From an uncultured cyanobacterium (GTDB taxonomy: Bacteria > Cyanobacteriota > Cyanobacteriia > Leptolyngbyales > Leptolyngbyaceae), in NCBI GenBank assembly GCA_963766075.1, contig CAVYAN010000079.1, positions 30,382-94,381 of the forward strand: a stretch of DNA of 64,000 bases, written 5' to 3'. Below the pieces are notes generated by a model. It worked only from the letters and a program-made list of their open reading frames with translations, did no database searches and was not told the origin of the DNA. Position 1 is the stretch's first letter, and the number at the start of each line of letters is the position of its first letter. A program made the position numbers and the translations under genes. Positions 28,704 through 38,481 of the stretch are shown here, piece after piece.

Positions 28704-31028
28704 ATGGAAACACGCCATTCTTCTCCATCAGAATCATCTACAAATCTGATCCAGGTCTCTCAAGCCACCGCGCTCCCCCCGGAATCCCTTGCTGTTGAGG
28801 CTGAAGGAGAGCCGTGGGATTTAAGCTGGGTATTTCAAGTTTTACGTCGCAGAGCTCTGCTCATTTTGCAGATTACTGTTTCCGTCACCACGCTGGCAGC
28901 CGGGGCGGTGATTCTAAGCAGTGCTCTGACAAAGCCTCAGTACGAGGGAAGTTTTCAACTGCAAGTGGAGCCAGCAACTGCCGAAGCCAAACTATCCCGA
29001 TCATTTTTGCGGGCTCAATCAACGGATAAGGCCCTCGAAGATGCCCAATCGAGTAATTTGGAACAAGTTTCTACCCTAGATTACGAAACCCAAATCCGGA
29101 TTTTGCGCAGCCGCAATCTAATGCAACAGGTCATTGATCAGGTTAAAAGTCGCTATCCCGATATTACCTATGAGATGCTCCTGAAAGATTTGACCGTTGA
29201 ACGCATCAAAATTACCAAGGATGGCAAAGAGCAAGGGACCCGGCTACTAGACATTACGTACAAAGCATCTGATAGCAAACAAGTCCTATTTGTGCTGGAG
29301 AAGGTGTCCGAAGCCTACCTCAGATATAGTCTGAAGGAACGGCAAACTAATATGCGCCAGGGAATTAAGTTTATTGATGAACAGCTCCCGCAGTTAAGAA
29401 GTCGGGTCAATACGTTACAGAGCCAGATTGAAGCATTGCGACAGCAGAATAACTTAATGGATCCTGAGCAGCAGGGCGGAGAGTTTTCACAACTGTTGAC
29501 TGGCCTCAGGCGACAACAAATTGATGTGATCGCCAAATTGCAAGAGGCTCAATCTCGTCATCAGACTCTGCAAGAACAACTCGCGGGCGACAACGCGATC
29601 GCTGTTCTCAGCGAATTTCCGTCTTTTCAGGAGTTGCTGAATGAGTACCAAAAACTGGAAGTGCAACTATCCAGTACTTCTGCTCGTTTGAATGCAGATA
29701 GTCCGCCCATGCAAGCGCTGCTTAGTAAGCGCCAAAATTTACAAGCTGTGTTGAATCAGGAAGCAGCACGCATCTTGAGTCGCAGTGCCGCGCAAGTTGA
29801 GATTGCTCAATCGCAGCAGCAGGTGTTTGCCCAAGCTGAAAATGGCCTCAATGATCAGTTCCAGAAGTTGCCAGCGGTGGCCCGTCAGTATGCTGCCTTA
29901 AAGCAGGAGCTGCAGATCGCGACTGAAACATTAAATCGGTTTCTAAGCAAAAATGAAGCATTAAGTATTGATTCGGCTCAGCAAGAAGTTCCCTGGCAAC
30001 TGACATCCGCACCAGCCTTAACCCAGGATCTGAAGGGTCAACCCGTTAATCTCGCTAACAAGAGCAAGCAGGTGATGATTGCTGTATCGGCAATTTTGGC
30101 AACAGTGCTGGCTGTGGGAATTGTTTTTTTAATCGAACTGCTTCAGGATATTCTTTACACCCCGAATGAGATTAAGCGCATGAGTCGGTTCCCATTGTTT
30201 GGGGCCGTTCCTCTTATGGATTCATCGGGGACGCTGGGCTTATTCCCAATGAATTTGTCCACCACAAGTTTTGTAGAATCGTCTGGCCTAGTAGCCCCAA
30301 CTTCAAAAAGCTGGACTAACCCGAAGAATTTAGCTGACCAATTAGTTCGGAAAATTGTGCCTTTTGGCGACAGCAAATATGCCGATCAACAGTCTCAAAT
30401 GAGTGTTTTCACAGAAGCCTTCAATTTGATTCATTCCAAAATCGATTTCTCAAATCCTCGATCCCCGATTCGATCCTTGGCCGTAGGTTCAGCCAATCCT
30501 CAGGAAGGAAAATCTACCATCGCTACATCCTTGGCGAATGCCGCCGCAGTTGCGGGGAAAAAAGTTCTATTAGTAGATGCAAATTTACGCTTTCCTCAAT
30601 TACATACCTGTCTACAATACGAGCTTTTAGACAATTTCAAGGGACTCAGCGACTTGATTGACGCAGAGCTCGATCTTCGTCAAATCATTAAACCTTCATT
30701 ATTGGAACCCAATTTATTTGTGTTAACTGCAGGCCAGATGCTATCCAATCCAGTTCGCTTTCTTTCCTCTCAAAGACTGAAGGATTTAATGGAGAAATTC
30801 ACATCAGAATTTGATCTGGTTATCTACGATACTCCATCCTTGATCAGCTTCGCTGATGCCAGCTTGGTGGGTGCCCAAGTTGATGGGTTTATCGTTGTTG
30901 TCAGTCTGGGCAAGACCAAGCGAGCCATCTTAACTCAGACCTTAGAAAGACTGAAAAGTTCCCGAGTGCCCATCCTGGGACTCGTTGCCAATGGAGCTTC
31001 AAGTGCTGAGGATGCATCCACCCCGTAA
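28704..31028 (+). CDS. wzc: Wzc/GumC polysaccharide co-polymerase with a BY-kinase domain
   Basis: Two TM segments flanking a coiled coil, Walker A SANPQEGKST, LVDANLR, IYDTP. Confidence 0.9.
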   Translation: METRHSSPSESSTNLIQVSQATALPPESLAVEAEGEPWDLSWVFQVLRRRALLILQITVSVTTLAAGAVILSSALTKPQYEGSFQLQVEPATAEAKLSRSFLRAQSTDKALEDAQSSNLEQVSTLDYETQIRILRSRNLMQQVIDQVKSRYPDITYEMLLKDLTVERIKITKDGKEQGTRLLDITYKASDSKQVLFVLEKVSEAYLRYSLKERQTNMRQGIKFIDEQLPQLRSRVNTLQSQIEALRQQNNLMDPEQQGGEFSQLLTGLRRQQIDVIAKLQEAQSRHQTLQEQLAGDNAIAVLSEFPSFQELLNEYQKLEVQLSSTSARLNADSPPMQALLSKRQNLQAVLNQEAARILSRSAAQVEIAQSQQQVFAQAENGLNDQFQKLPAVARQYAALKQELQIATETLNRFLSKNEALSIDSAQQEVPWQLTSAPALTQDLKGQPVNLANKSKQVMIAVSAILATVLAVGIVFLIELLQDILYTPNEIKRMSRFPLFGAVPLMDSSGTLGLFPMNLSTTSFVESSGLVAPTSKSWTNPKNLADQLVRKIVPFGDSKYADQQSQMSVFTEAFNLIHSKIDFSNPRSPIRSLAVGSANPQEGKSTIATSLANAAAVAGKKVLLVDANLRFPQLHTCLQYELLDNFKGLSDLIDAELDLRQIIKPSLLEPNLFVLTAGQMLSNPVRFLSSQRLKDLMEKFTSEFDLVIYDTPSLISFADASLVGAQVDGFIVVVSLGKTKRAILTQTLERLKSSRVPILGLVANGASSAEDASTP

Positions 31029-31138
31029 GTCCCGTAAGTATTGCTTTTGACTTTCAACGCAAATAAGCTAGCTGGGTTCATGGATTTTGCTAACTTGAGT
31101 AATATTGACCACTTTTAATAGGATACTCATAACTCCTG

Positions 31139-32041
31139 ATGAAGATGAAGAGCATTGCCGTACTAATGACCTGCTATAACCGAAAGCAGAAAACCATCGA
31201 AAGTTTGACATCTCTCTTGAATCAATCGCTCTTGAATCAAAGTGTCTTGTCTGACATTACTCTTGATGTTTATTTAGTCGATGATGGCAGTACGGATGGA
31301 ACGGCAGACGCCGTCAAAGCCGCTTATCCTCAAGTGACTATCATTCAGGGAAATGGCAGTTTATTTTGGAATGGCGGGATGCGTCGGGCCTTTGCTGAAG
31401 CCGCGCGAACGGACTATGACTATCATCTTTGGCTAAATGATGATACGACTCTCTACCCAGATGCGCTACAGAAATTATTACAAACCTCTCAACACTTGCT
31501 TGAGCAGGGGGAAACTAAGGCGATTATCGCGGGTTCGACTCAAGATTCTGAAACAGCGCTTTTGAGCTACGGAGGCGGTATCTGCCACCGCTGGTGGCAC
31601 CCGCTCTCGTTTGCCCCTCTAGAGCCTGGGGAAGTACCGAAACCCTGTGATGTCATTAATGGTAACTGTGTGTTGATTCCCCGATCAGTCTTTACAGTTT
31701 TGGGAAACTTAGATCCGTCATTTTCACATTATCTCGGGGATTTCGACTATGCACTACGTGCCCATAGTCGGAATTGCAGTGTATGGATTACTCCTGGCTA
31801 TGTGGGCACTTGTCCGCCCAATCTTTCCTATCGAAATACAGAGATCGAAAAGACCTCCCTCGATGACCAACTCAAGCGCATGACCCAGCCCAAGGGGTTG
31901 CCTACCCAAGATTTAACTTTGTACTCCTTTAAGGAATGGCGCGTGTTTTCTCAGAGACATGGCGGCTTACTGTGGGTACTTTATTACTTAATTCCCTATC
32001 GCCGACTACTCGGGTCATTTCTTAAACCAATAGCGCCATGA
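31139..32041 (+). CDS. Glycosyltransferase family 2
   Basis: TCYNR, VDDGSTDGT, WLNDD, NGNCVLI. Confidence 0.9.
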   Translation: MKMKSIAVLMTCYNRKQKTIESLTSLLNQSLLNQSVLSDITLDVYLVDDGSTDGTADAVKAAYPQVTIIQGNGSLFWNGGMRRAFAEAARTDYDYHLWLNDDTTLYPDALQKLLQTSQHLLEQGETKAIIAGSTQDSETALLSYGGGICHRWWHPLSFAPLEPGEVPKPCDVINGNCVLIPRSVFTVLGNLDPSFSHYLGDFDYALRAHSRNCSVWITPGYVGTCPPNLSYRNTEIEKTSLDDQLKRMTQPKGLPTQDLTLYSFKEWRVFSQRHGGLLWVLYYLIPYRRLLGSFLKPIAP

Positions 32042-33189
32042 ATAGCATCAATACAGCTCGAATTGCCTGGTTAGTTCCAACTGCGGAATATGGTGCATAC
32101 TGGCCTCCCATTCTGCACGAGCTTGCTCAGCAGGTTAACCAAGTAAAGTTTTACACAGGTCGCCTTTGGCCTCGCTTTGATCCAGATGCTCCCGGTACAT
32201 CTGTAATTCAAGTAGTGGGTAAAACTACGTTTGTAACGCATACTCCAAAGGCTGGCTACGGGCGCGGATTCATTGTTGCCTCTCCCGCTATTATTGGTCA
32301 TTTATTCCACTTCAAGCCCGACGTTATTTTTGCCAGCGGGTTTTCTCTGTGGACATTATTCGCACTGCTACTCAAGCCATTGGGTGGATGGCGAGTGGTC
32401 TTAGTCTATGACGGGAGTAGTCCAAACGTTGATTTTCAGGACTCTAGATTCCGTTTGTTTTGCCGACGATGGATGGTTAAATTTTCCAACGCACTTGTTT
32501 CAAACAGCCAGGGTGGCAAGCACTATCTGATTAATACTCTTGGAGCGGAAGAAATCAAAGTTGAGGCCGTCCCTTATTTGGTGCCAGATTCCCAAACTCT
32601 GATAGAACGGGTTAATGGAAGCGTGCCAATCTCGATAGAACTTCGTCATCCTGTTTTCCTATTTGTAGGACAAGTGATTCACCGAAAAGGATTGCATTTA
32701 TTGCTTGCAGCCTGTGCAAAGCTACAACAGCAGGGATATACCCACTACAGTTTGCTGATTGCTGGCGATGGTTCCCATCGGGAGGAACTTGAAAAGTTCT
32801 GTCAAGAACAGGGACTGGGCGATCGCGTGCAATGGCTAGGTTGGGTGGCATACGAAGGTTTAGGGTCCTACTTTCAAGCCGCCGATGTCTTTGTATTTCC
32901 TACTCTCGAAGATATATGGGGCATGGTAACTCTGGAGGCTATGGCCTGTGGCAAAGCAATTATCTGCTCCAAATGGGCAGGCACAGCTGAAATGATTGTT
33001 GAGGGTGAAACGGGCTATTTAGTTGACCCTCACAATGTTGAAGAACTCACTCAAGCCATGATTCACTTTATTGAGAATCCAGAGTCGATTAAAATCATGG
33101 GTGAAAAATCTCACGAGTTTATTACTCAGTACACGCCAACCACCGCTGCCAGCTTTTTGTCTGCTGTCACGACCGCTGTTCTTAATTAA
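32038..33189 (+). CDS. Glycosyltransferase family 4
   Basis: FVGQVIHRKG, FPTLEDIWGMVTLEAMACG; ATGA overlap with the upstream gene. Confidence 0.92.
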   Translation: MNSINTARIAWLVPTAEYGAYWPPILHELAQQVNQVKFYTGRLWPRFDPDAPGTSVIQVVGKTTFVTHTPKAGYGRGFIVASPAIIGHLFHFKPDVIFASGFSLWTLFALLLKPLGGWRVVLVYDGSSPNVDFQDSRFRLFCRRWMVKFSNALVSNSQGGKHYLINTLGAEEIKVEAVPYLVPDSQTLIERVNGSVPISIELRHPVFLFVGQVIHRKGLHLLLAACAKLQQQGYTHYSLLIAGDGSHREELEKFCQEQGLGDRVQWLGWVAYEGLGSYFQAADVFVFPTLEDIWGMVTLEAMACGKAIICSKWAGTAEMIVEGETGYLVDPHNVEELTQAMIHFIENPESIKIMGEKSHEFITQYTPTTAASFLSAVTTAVLN

Positions 33190-33465
33190 ACTGACGACTG
33201 AGTCTTGGAACAACAAGCCTAAAAATTTAAAGTGGTCTGTACTTAGATCCCAATACTTAGACTCCAATGACTTAGGCCCTAATCCTAATTGAAATAGCCT
33301 TAGCCCAGCTATATATTTTCTCGTCTAGTTATTGCAATCAAACCAAGTTATAGTCCCATTCCTAATCATCAGATCGGTCATTTTTCAGAAAGTACAACGG
33401 GATCTCAGCTAAAACCTAAGCGATGGATTTTGAGCAAACCAATTTCTCGGAATATATCTTAAGTC

Positions 33466-34725
33466 ATGACATCAAAAAAAATGAGAGTCTTGCTATCTGC
33501 CTTCGCGTGCCATCCGCAGAAAGGCTCAGAGGAGGGAGTGGGCTGGAACTGGTTAAAAGAGATTTCCCGAGAGAATGAAGTTTATGCGATAATTTGCTCC
33601 CATCTAGATCTAGATCAAGAAAATGCGGTAAAAGCCGCTGTTGAAGTTCTACCCCAGAAAGATAATATCCATTTAACTTTTATCCCTTTACTCGAAAGCC
33701 CTAGTAGGGGGTTATATGTATTTTCATTATTTGACTTTTACTTGAGGTATGTAGAGTGGCAGAAACAGGCTTATCAGGCATCTTTAAGCATTCTTGAGAA
33801 CATCGAAATAGATATTGTCCATCATGTCACGTATGCTTCCTGGCTAATTCCAGGTTTTTTGTGGAAGTTACCTAAACCATTCATTTTGGGTCCCGTCAGC
33901 GGGAGCCAGAGAACTCCTTGGGTTGCTTATTCATTGCTTCCCTCTAAAGGAATCATGATGGAATCAGTTAGAATGATTTACTTTTTCTGGTCAAGGCTCT
34001 CTTCAGAAGTTCCTAAAGAAGCAGTAAAAAAGGCATCTATTGTCCTATATTCTAACTTTGAGACATTTAAAGACATTAAAAAGTTCCGTTTATCAGGAGA
34101 AACATTACTCTTTTCTGAGGTGGGTGCTCCAGTTATTCACGAAACGACCGTTCATCCCATAAAAGAAGGAAAAAAGATTCTACTCCTTTGGTCTGGCTTA
34201 ATTCAACCTCGTAAAAATTTCGGGCTGCTTCTAGAGGCTTTAAGAATTTTACCATCCAATATAGACTGGGAACTTCATGTTCTGGGTAGCGGTGAATTAA
34301 TTGAATACTGGAAGGATAAAGTTGTAAGGGCAAGTCTGGATGATAGGATTATTTTCTTAGGGCAGGTTCCCTATGCGGATGTAGAGCGCCATTATCAAAA
34401 GGCTGATATTTTTGTTTTTCCAAGTTTAAGGGAAGGAACTCCCACCGCAATCATTGAGGCTATGGCTTATGGATTGCCCGTAGTTGCGTTAAGGCTTCAT
34501 GGAGCCGCAGTAGTTCTGGATAATGACTGTGGCATCCTCATTGATGTGATGAACAAGAAGCAAATGATTAATGATTTTGCCGAAGCCATCGTCAAGCTGG
34601 CTCAAGATAGTGATTTGCGGATAAAAATCGGTAAGAACGCTATTCAAAAAATCCAATCTTCTTACACATGGGAACAGCGTCGAAAGAACATGATGATTAT
34701 TTATCAAAAGGCACTCAATCCGTAA
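33466..34725 (+). CDS. Glycosyltransferase family 4
   Basis: SAFACHPQKGSEEGVGW, PSLREGTPTAIIEAMAYG. Confidence 0.92.
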   Translation: MTSKKMRVLLSAFACHPQKGSEEGVGWNWLKEISRENEVYAIICSHLDLDQENAVKAAVEVLPQKDNIHLTFIPLLESPSRGLYVFSLFDFYLRYVEWQKQAYQASLSILENIEIDIVHHVTYASWLIPGFLWKLPKPFILGPVSGSQRTPWVAYSLLPSKGIMMESVRMIYFFWSRLSSEVPKEAVKKASIVLYSNFETFKDIKKFRLSGETLLFSEVGAPVIHETTVHPIKEGKKILLLWSGLIQPRKNFGLLLEALRILPSNIDWELHVLGSGELIEYWKDKVVRASLDDRIIFLGQVPYADVERHYQKADIFVFPSLREGTPTAIIEAMAYGLPVVALRLHGAAVVLDNDCGILIDVMNKKQMINDFAEAIVKLAQDSDLRIKIGKNAIQKIQSSYTWEQRRKNMMIIYQKALNP

Positions 34726-34811
34726 GTCGGTGGATTGTATAGATTGTGCTGTGACCAGAGCAACCAAGAGGCTTTGTGTGGCTTACGTCTTTATGTCGCT
34801 GATAACATGTC

Positions 34812-34871
34812 GGTGTTTGCTCAGAGACGTGTTTGCTCAGAGACGTATTTGCTCAGAGACGTATTTGCTCA
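34812..34871. repeat. 16-bp tandem repeat GT(G/A)TTTGCTCAGAGAC; the last unit is interrupted by a MITE
   Basis: Three complete units plus one split unit that resumes at 35042. Confidence 0.85.
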
Positions 34872-35041
34872 GAGGACATTTTAAAAGGTTTCAAATGTGA
34901 TGTTAGGCACTCAACGATCCCGGAGATTCCCCCTAACCCTCCTTAAAAAAGGGAGAACCGGATTGAAAGTCCCCCTTAAAAAGGGGGATTTAGGGGGATC
35001 CAGACTTTTGCTACCAACAGCAGGACTTTTAAAACATCCTC
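34872..35041. mobile_element. MITE (~170 bp), IS5/IS1031-like ends, TCA target duplication, internal CCCCCTTAAAAAGGGGG hairpins
   Basis: TIRs GAGGACATTTTAAAAG / CTTTTAAAACATCCTC; TCA at 34869-34871 and 35042-35044. Confidence 0.8.
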
Positions 35042-35181
35042 TCAGAGACTCAGAGCGGTTTCTGGGCACTTTAGATACCTTGATTTATCTGGCGATGAGC
35101 CGCATTATAAGAAGATGGTCAGTATAACTTCTGACCTTCCAAAACTTCTCCTCAAGCATTCTCTGAAACTTTGACTAACTT

Positions 35182-36429
35182 ATGAAAATTCTTCTCTCTG
35201 TATATGCATGTGAACCAGGGCAGGGTTCAGAAGAGGGGATTGGTTGGAACACGGTTTTGGCGATCGCCCAATATCACGAAGCTTGGGTCCTGACACGAAC
35301 CTTTTGTCGTTCAGCTATCGAGGCCGAACTTGCTAATCATCCAGTTCCCAATCTGCATTTTATTTATCTTGATCCGCTAGGTTGGAGTGAAGACTGGAAA
35401 GGCAAGCAAGGAGCCGTACAACTGCACTATTACCTGTGGCAAGTCCAAGCATATTTTATTGGGAGAGCGCTCCAAAACCAGGTGAATTTTGATTTGATTC
35501 ATCACGTCACCTACACAAAATTCTGGTCGCCTAGCTTCCTTGCTTTTCTATCTCCTCCATTTATTTGGGGTCCAGTCGGAGGAGGAGAGGCAGCACCAAA
35601 GTCTTTTTGGAAAGCCTTTAGCCCACGAGCTAAAAGCTATGAGATCCTCCGAGACCTGGCGCAGCATCTGGGGGAATATGATCCATTCACACGTCTAACT
35701 GCCCGACGAAGCGCTATAGCCTTAGCCGCTACGCAAGAAACTGAAAGCCGTATCCGCCAACTCAAGCCTCAAAATCTAAAAATTGTCTCTTCAGTGGGAC
35801 TATCTGCGAGAGAAATTGACTCCTTTGCCCAGTACCCAATGCCCAGTGGTCAAACGATTCGGTTTGTCAGTGTCGGGCGTCTTTTGCATTGGAAAGGAAC
35901 ATATCTTGGACTACAAGCATTTGCCATGGCTCAAATAGAGAAGGCCGAATATTGGGTGATTGGGGAGGGGCCAGAACGAGCGTCGTTAGAACAATTGGCT
36001 GAACAGCTAAAAATTAGTGACCGGGTAAAGTTCTTAGGATCTATCCCCCGCGACAGCATGAGTCTTCACCTGGCACAGTGCCATGTCCTTGTCCATCCTA
36101 GTTTGCATGAGTCTGGTGGATTTGTGTGTGCCGAAATGATGGCAGCAGGTCGCCCCGTGATCTGCCTAGATTTAGGCGGACCAGCCATGCAGGTTACAAA
36201 TGAAACTGGCATCAAAATCCCTGCCGATACCCCCGAACAAGCTGTCAAGGGTTTAGCCATCGCCATGAGCAAACTAGCGAATAATGCGGAGTTGCGCGTT
36301 CAGATGGGAAAAGCGGCACAAGCAAGAGTGCGTGAGATATTCACTTGGGAAGTCAAAGGTAAATACTTTGCCCAACTCTATCAAGAGATTGCTCTCACCG
36401 AATCAAAGGAATTGAGTATTTCCAGATAA
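35182..36429 (+). CDS. Glycosyltransferase family 4 (paralogue of 33466-34725)
   Basis: SVYACEPGQGSEEGIGW, HPSLHESGGFVCAEMMAAG. Confidence 0.92.
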   Translation: MKILLSVYACEPGQGSEEGIGWNTVLAIAQYHEAWVLTRTFCRSAIEAELANHPVPNLHFIYLDPLGWSEDWKGKQGAVQLHYYLWQVQAYFIGRALQNQVNFDLIHHVTYTKFWSPSFLAFLSPPFIWGPVGGGEAAPKSFWKAFSPRAKSYEILRDLAQHLGEYDPFTRLTARRSAIALAATQETESRIRQLKPQNLKIVSSVGLSAREIDSFAQYPMPSGQTIRFVSVGRLLHWKGTYLGLQAFAMAQIEKAEYWVIGEGPERASLEQLAEQLKISDRVKFLGSIPRDSMSLHLAQCHVLVHPSLHESGGFVCAEMMAAGRPVICLDLGGPAMQVTNETGIKIPADTPEQAVKGLAIAMSKLANNAELRVQMGKAAQARVREIFTWEVKGKYFAQLYQEIALTESKELSISR

Positions 36430-36518
36430 ATTACGCTGAAGATTTTCTCCCGCAATCTAAAGACGCTTAACCCATAGCTGAACTATTTTTCAGAGCAAAT
36501 TTCGAGATCTAGGCATTT

Positions 36519-38339
36519 ATGAGGAAACCTCTCTGGAAAACGAGAATCTACCGCAATATCTTCTGGGGAATTATATCATTCTCCATCGTTCTGTTGATTC
36601 CGTTCATCTTTCTGGATGTCCCAAGCCATAGGATCACGCATTGGATACTCAGAAACTTTAGTGAGGCCACTCCCATGATTTCGACTGTTAGCCCTCTTTC
36701 CCCGACATCGTCACCCCCGATTGTACAAGGAGCCCAAATTGACACAAGTCGTGTCACTAAAGTCCTTTATGTAGATAATGCCTTTAACAATTCGGCATTG
36801 GTAGCATCGGGATCTTTAGAGCAACCGTTTCCATCCATTCAACAAGCCCTGAACGTAGCCAAAGTGGATGTGCTTTCAGGCATCGGCGTTCGCGTCATCA
36901 TCCAACCCGGGGTGTATCGGGAAGAGCTCTATCTTGAGGGCAATGGGAGTGACAATGCCCCTTTGATCATCGAGGCTGGAGCGTTAGGTAAGGTCATTAT
37001 TTCGGGCGCGGATGTCTTCACCGGTTGGCAACCTGTAGCAGATGCTTTCGGCGTGTATCAGCATCCCTGGGCGTACGACTGGGGGCAAATTGAAAATCCT
37101 TGGCGAAAAGAATTTGGCCAGGGCAAAGAGTCCGCCTATCCGGACTTTCGTCGTGAGATGTTTTATCTGGATGGCAAGCCCCTTTCCCAGAGTTTGAGCC
37201 GTGCCGCGCTTCATCCCGGCAGCTTTTTTGTGGATGAAACGGCAGATAGTGTTTTTCTCTCAGCACCACCAGGAATTGATATTAATTCAGTCCTTGTTGA
37301 AGGCGCAATGCGTTCTGCTAACCAGGATTTCGGAGTGTTCAAAACCTATCAGCTGAATAATCTAATCCTAAGAAACCTGACGATCACCCAGGGTTCCGTG
37401 GCTGTATGGGGCTCAACCCGCCTCTCTGGCAATAACATTCTGATTGAAGATTGCCACTTTGATCGCAACAATGGGGTTGGGCTTGCTGTCAATGGTGAAC
37501 AGATAACAATCCGAAGTAGCACTGCGAATGAAAACGGTCACGCTGGTATGCTGCTGGAGGGCGGTTCACTGATCCTAGAGCAATCTGAAGCATCCTGGAA
37601 TGGCTGGAAGATGAAAGAGTGGGGCTACGAAGATTGCAGCGGTGCTGGCATTAAGTTTTTCAAATCACAGAACATCCTGGTACAGGATATGAAGTTTGTG
37701 GGTAATAGCTACCCAGGCATCTGGTTCGATGGAGGCGTTACAAATGCCACGGTGGATAACGTGCTCGCTTTGGCAAACGATAGCACCGGCTTCAATTGGG
37801 AAATCAGCGATAACTTGAGGGTATCGCGTCTCTATTCGGTGTATAACAAATTCGGTTGGACGAGCTTTGATGGTAGCCGAGTGGATCTTAAAGATTCAGT
37901 TATCGCATTCAATCGCACCCTTCAAATGTTCACTGCTAACACGCCGCGAAGTTACGACACGCAGGGGTGGACTATGCATGGTGTAACCATCGCGGCTGAT
38001 AGTGGCAACCAGAACCTCCTATGGGATACGTGGCCCCATGAATCGGGAAGCTCTCCAGTTGGGCCGGACAGCACCATGGACCAGTTTGCAGGCACTTTCA
38101 TGGCAAGCAATAACACATACTTCCACCCATCATTTGATGCCGCTTTTCGTAAGGGAGACGGTTCGTCACTCTCACTTTCTCAATGGCAAAGCTACACGGG
38201 ACAAGAAGTTGGCTCTGTTTGGGATAGAAACAAAGTCAACACGACTATGGACGGTTTGAAGATAGCAATTCAGGAGCAATGGGGCGATCCAAAATCAAAT
38301 GGTTTAGGCTACCACAATTATCCACAGATGCCCTGGTAA
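36519..38339 (+). CDS. Membrane-anchored right-handed parallel beta-helix protein (pectate-lyase-like fold)
   Basis: N-terminal TM, LYVD..GS.EQPF.SIQ.AL, PGVYRE, Asn-ladder repeats, GIWFD. Confidence 0.8.
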   Translation: MRKPLWKTRIYRNIFWGIISFSIVLLIPFIFLDVPSHRITHWILRNFSEATPMISTVSPLSPTSSPPIVQGAQIDTSRVTKVLYVDNAFNNSALVASGSLEQPFPSIQQALNVAKVDVLSGIGVRVIIQPGVYREELYLEGNGSDNAPLIIEAGALGKVIISGADVFTGWQPVADAFGVYQHPWAYDWGQIENPWRKEFGQGKESAYPDFRREMFYLDGKPLSQSLSRAALHPGSFFVDETADSVFLSAPPGIDINSVLVEGAMRSANQDFGVFKTYQLNNLILRNLTITQGSVAVWGSTRLSGNNILIEDCHFDRNNGVGLAVNGEQITIRSSTANENGHAGMLLEGGSLILEQSEASWNGWKMKEWGYEDCSGAGIKFFKSQNILVQDMKFVGNSYPGIWFDGGVTNATVDNVLALANDSTGFNWEISDNLRVSRLYSVYNKFGWTSFDGSRVDLKDSVIAFNRTLQMFTANTPRSYDTQGWTMHGVTIAADSGNQNLLWDTWPHESGSSPVGPDSTMDQFAGTFMASNNTYFHPSFDAAFRKGDGSSLSLSQWQSYTGQEVGSVWDRNKVNTTMDGLKIAIQEQWGDPKSNGLGYHNYPQMPW

Positions 38340-38481
38340 ATGGTAAATCAGGGCCATTTCATTCTAATTGAGTAGTTAATATAGTAATCCAATCCGATTT
38401 GTGACGATTTCCAAGGCGAAACCCTTAACCCGGTTAGAAAAAGTGTTATTGCTCCTCTGACATACTAGACTAAGCAACAAT

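Noticed and set aside
34812..34871. 16-bp repeats as a CRISPR or iterons
   Set aside because: No spacers and no rep gene; a simple tandem repeat
34897..35127. 76-aa ORF
   Set aside because: Translation of the MITE hairpin sequence (PLKKGDLGG), not a gene
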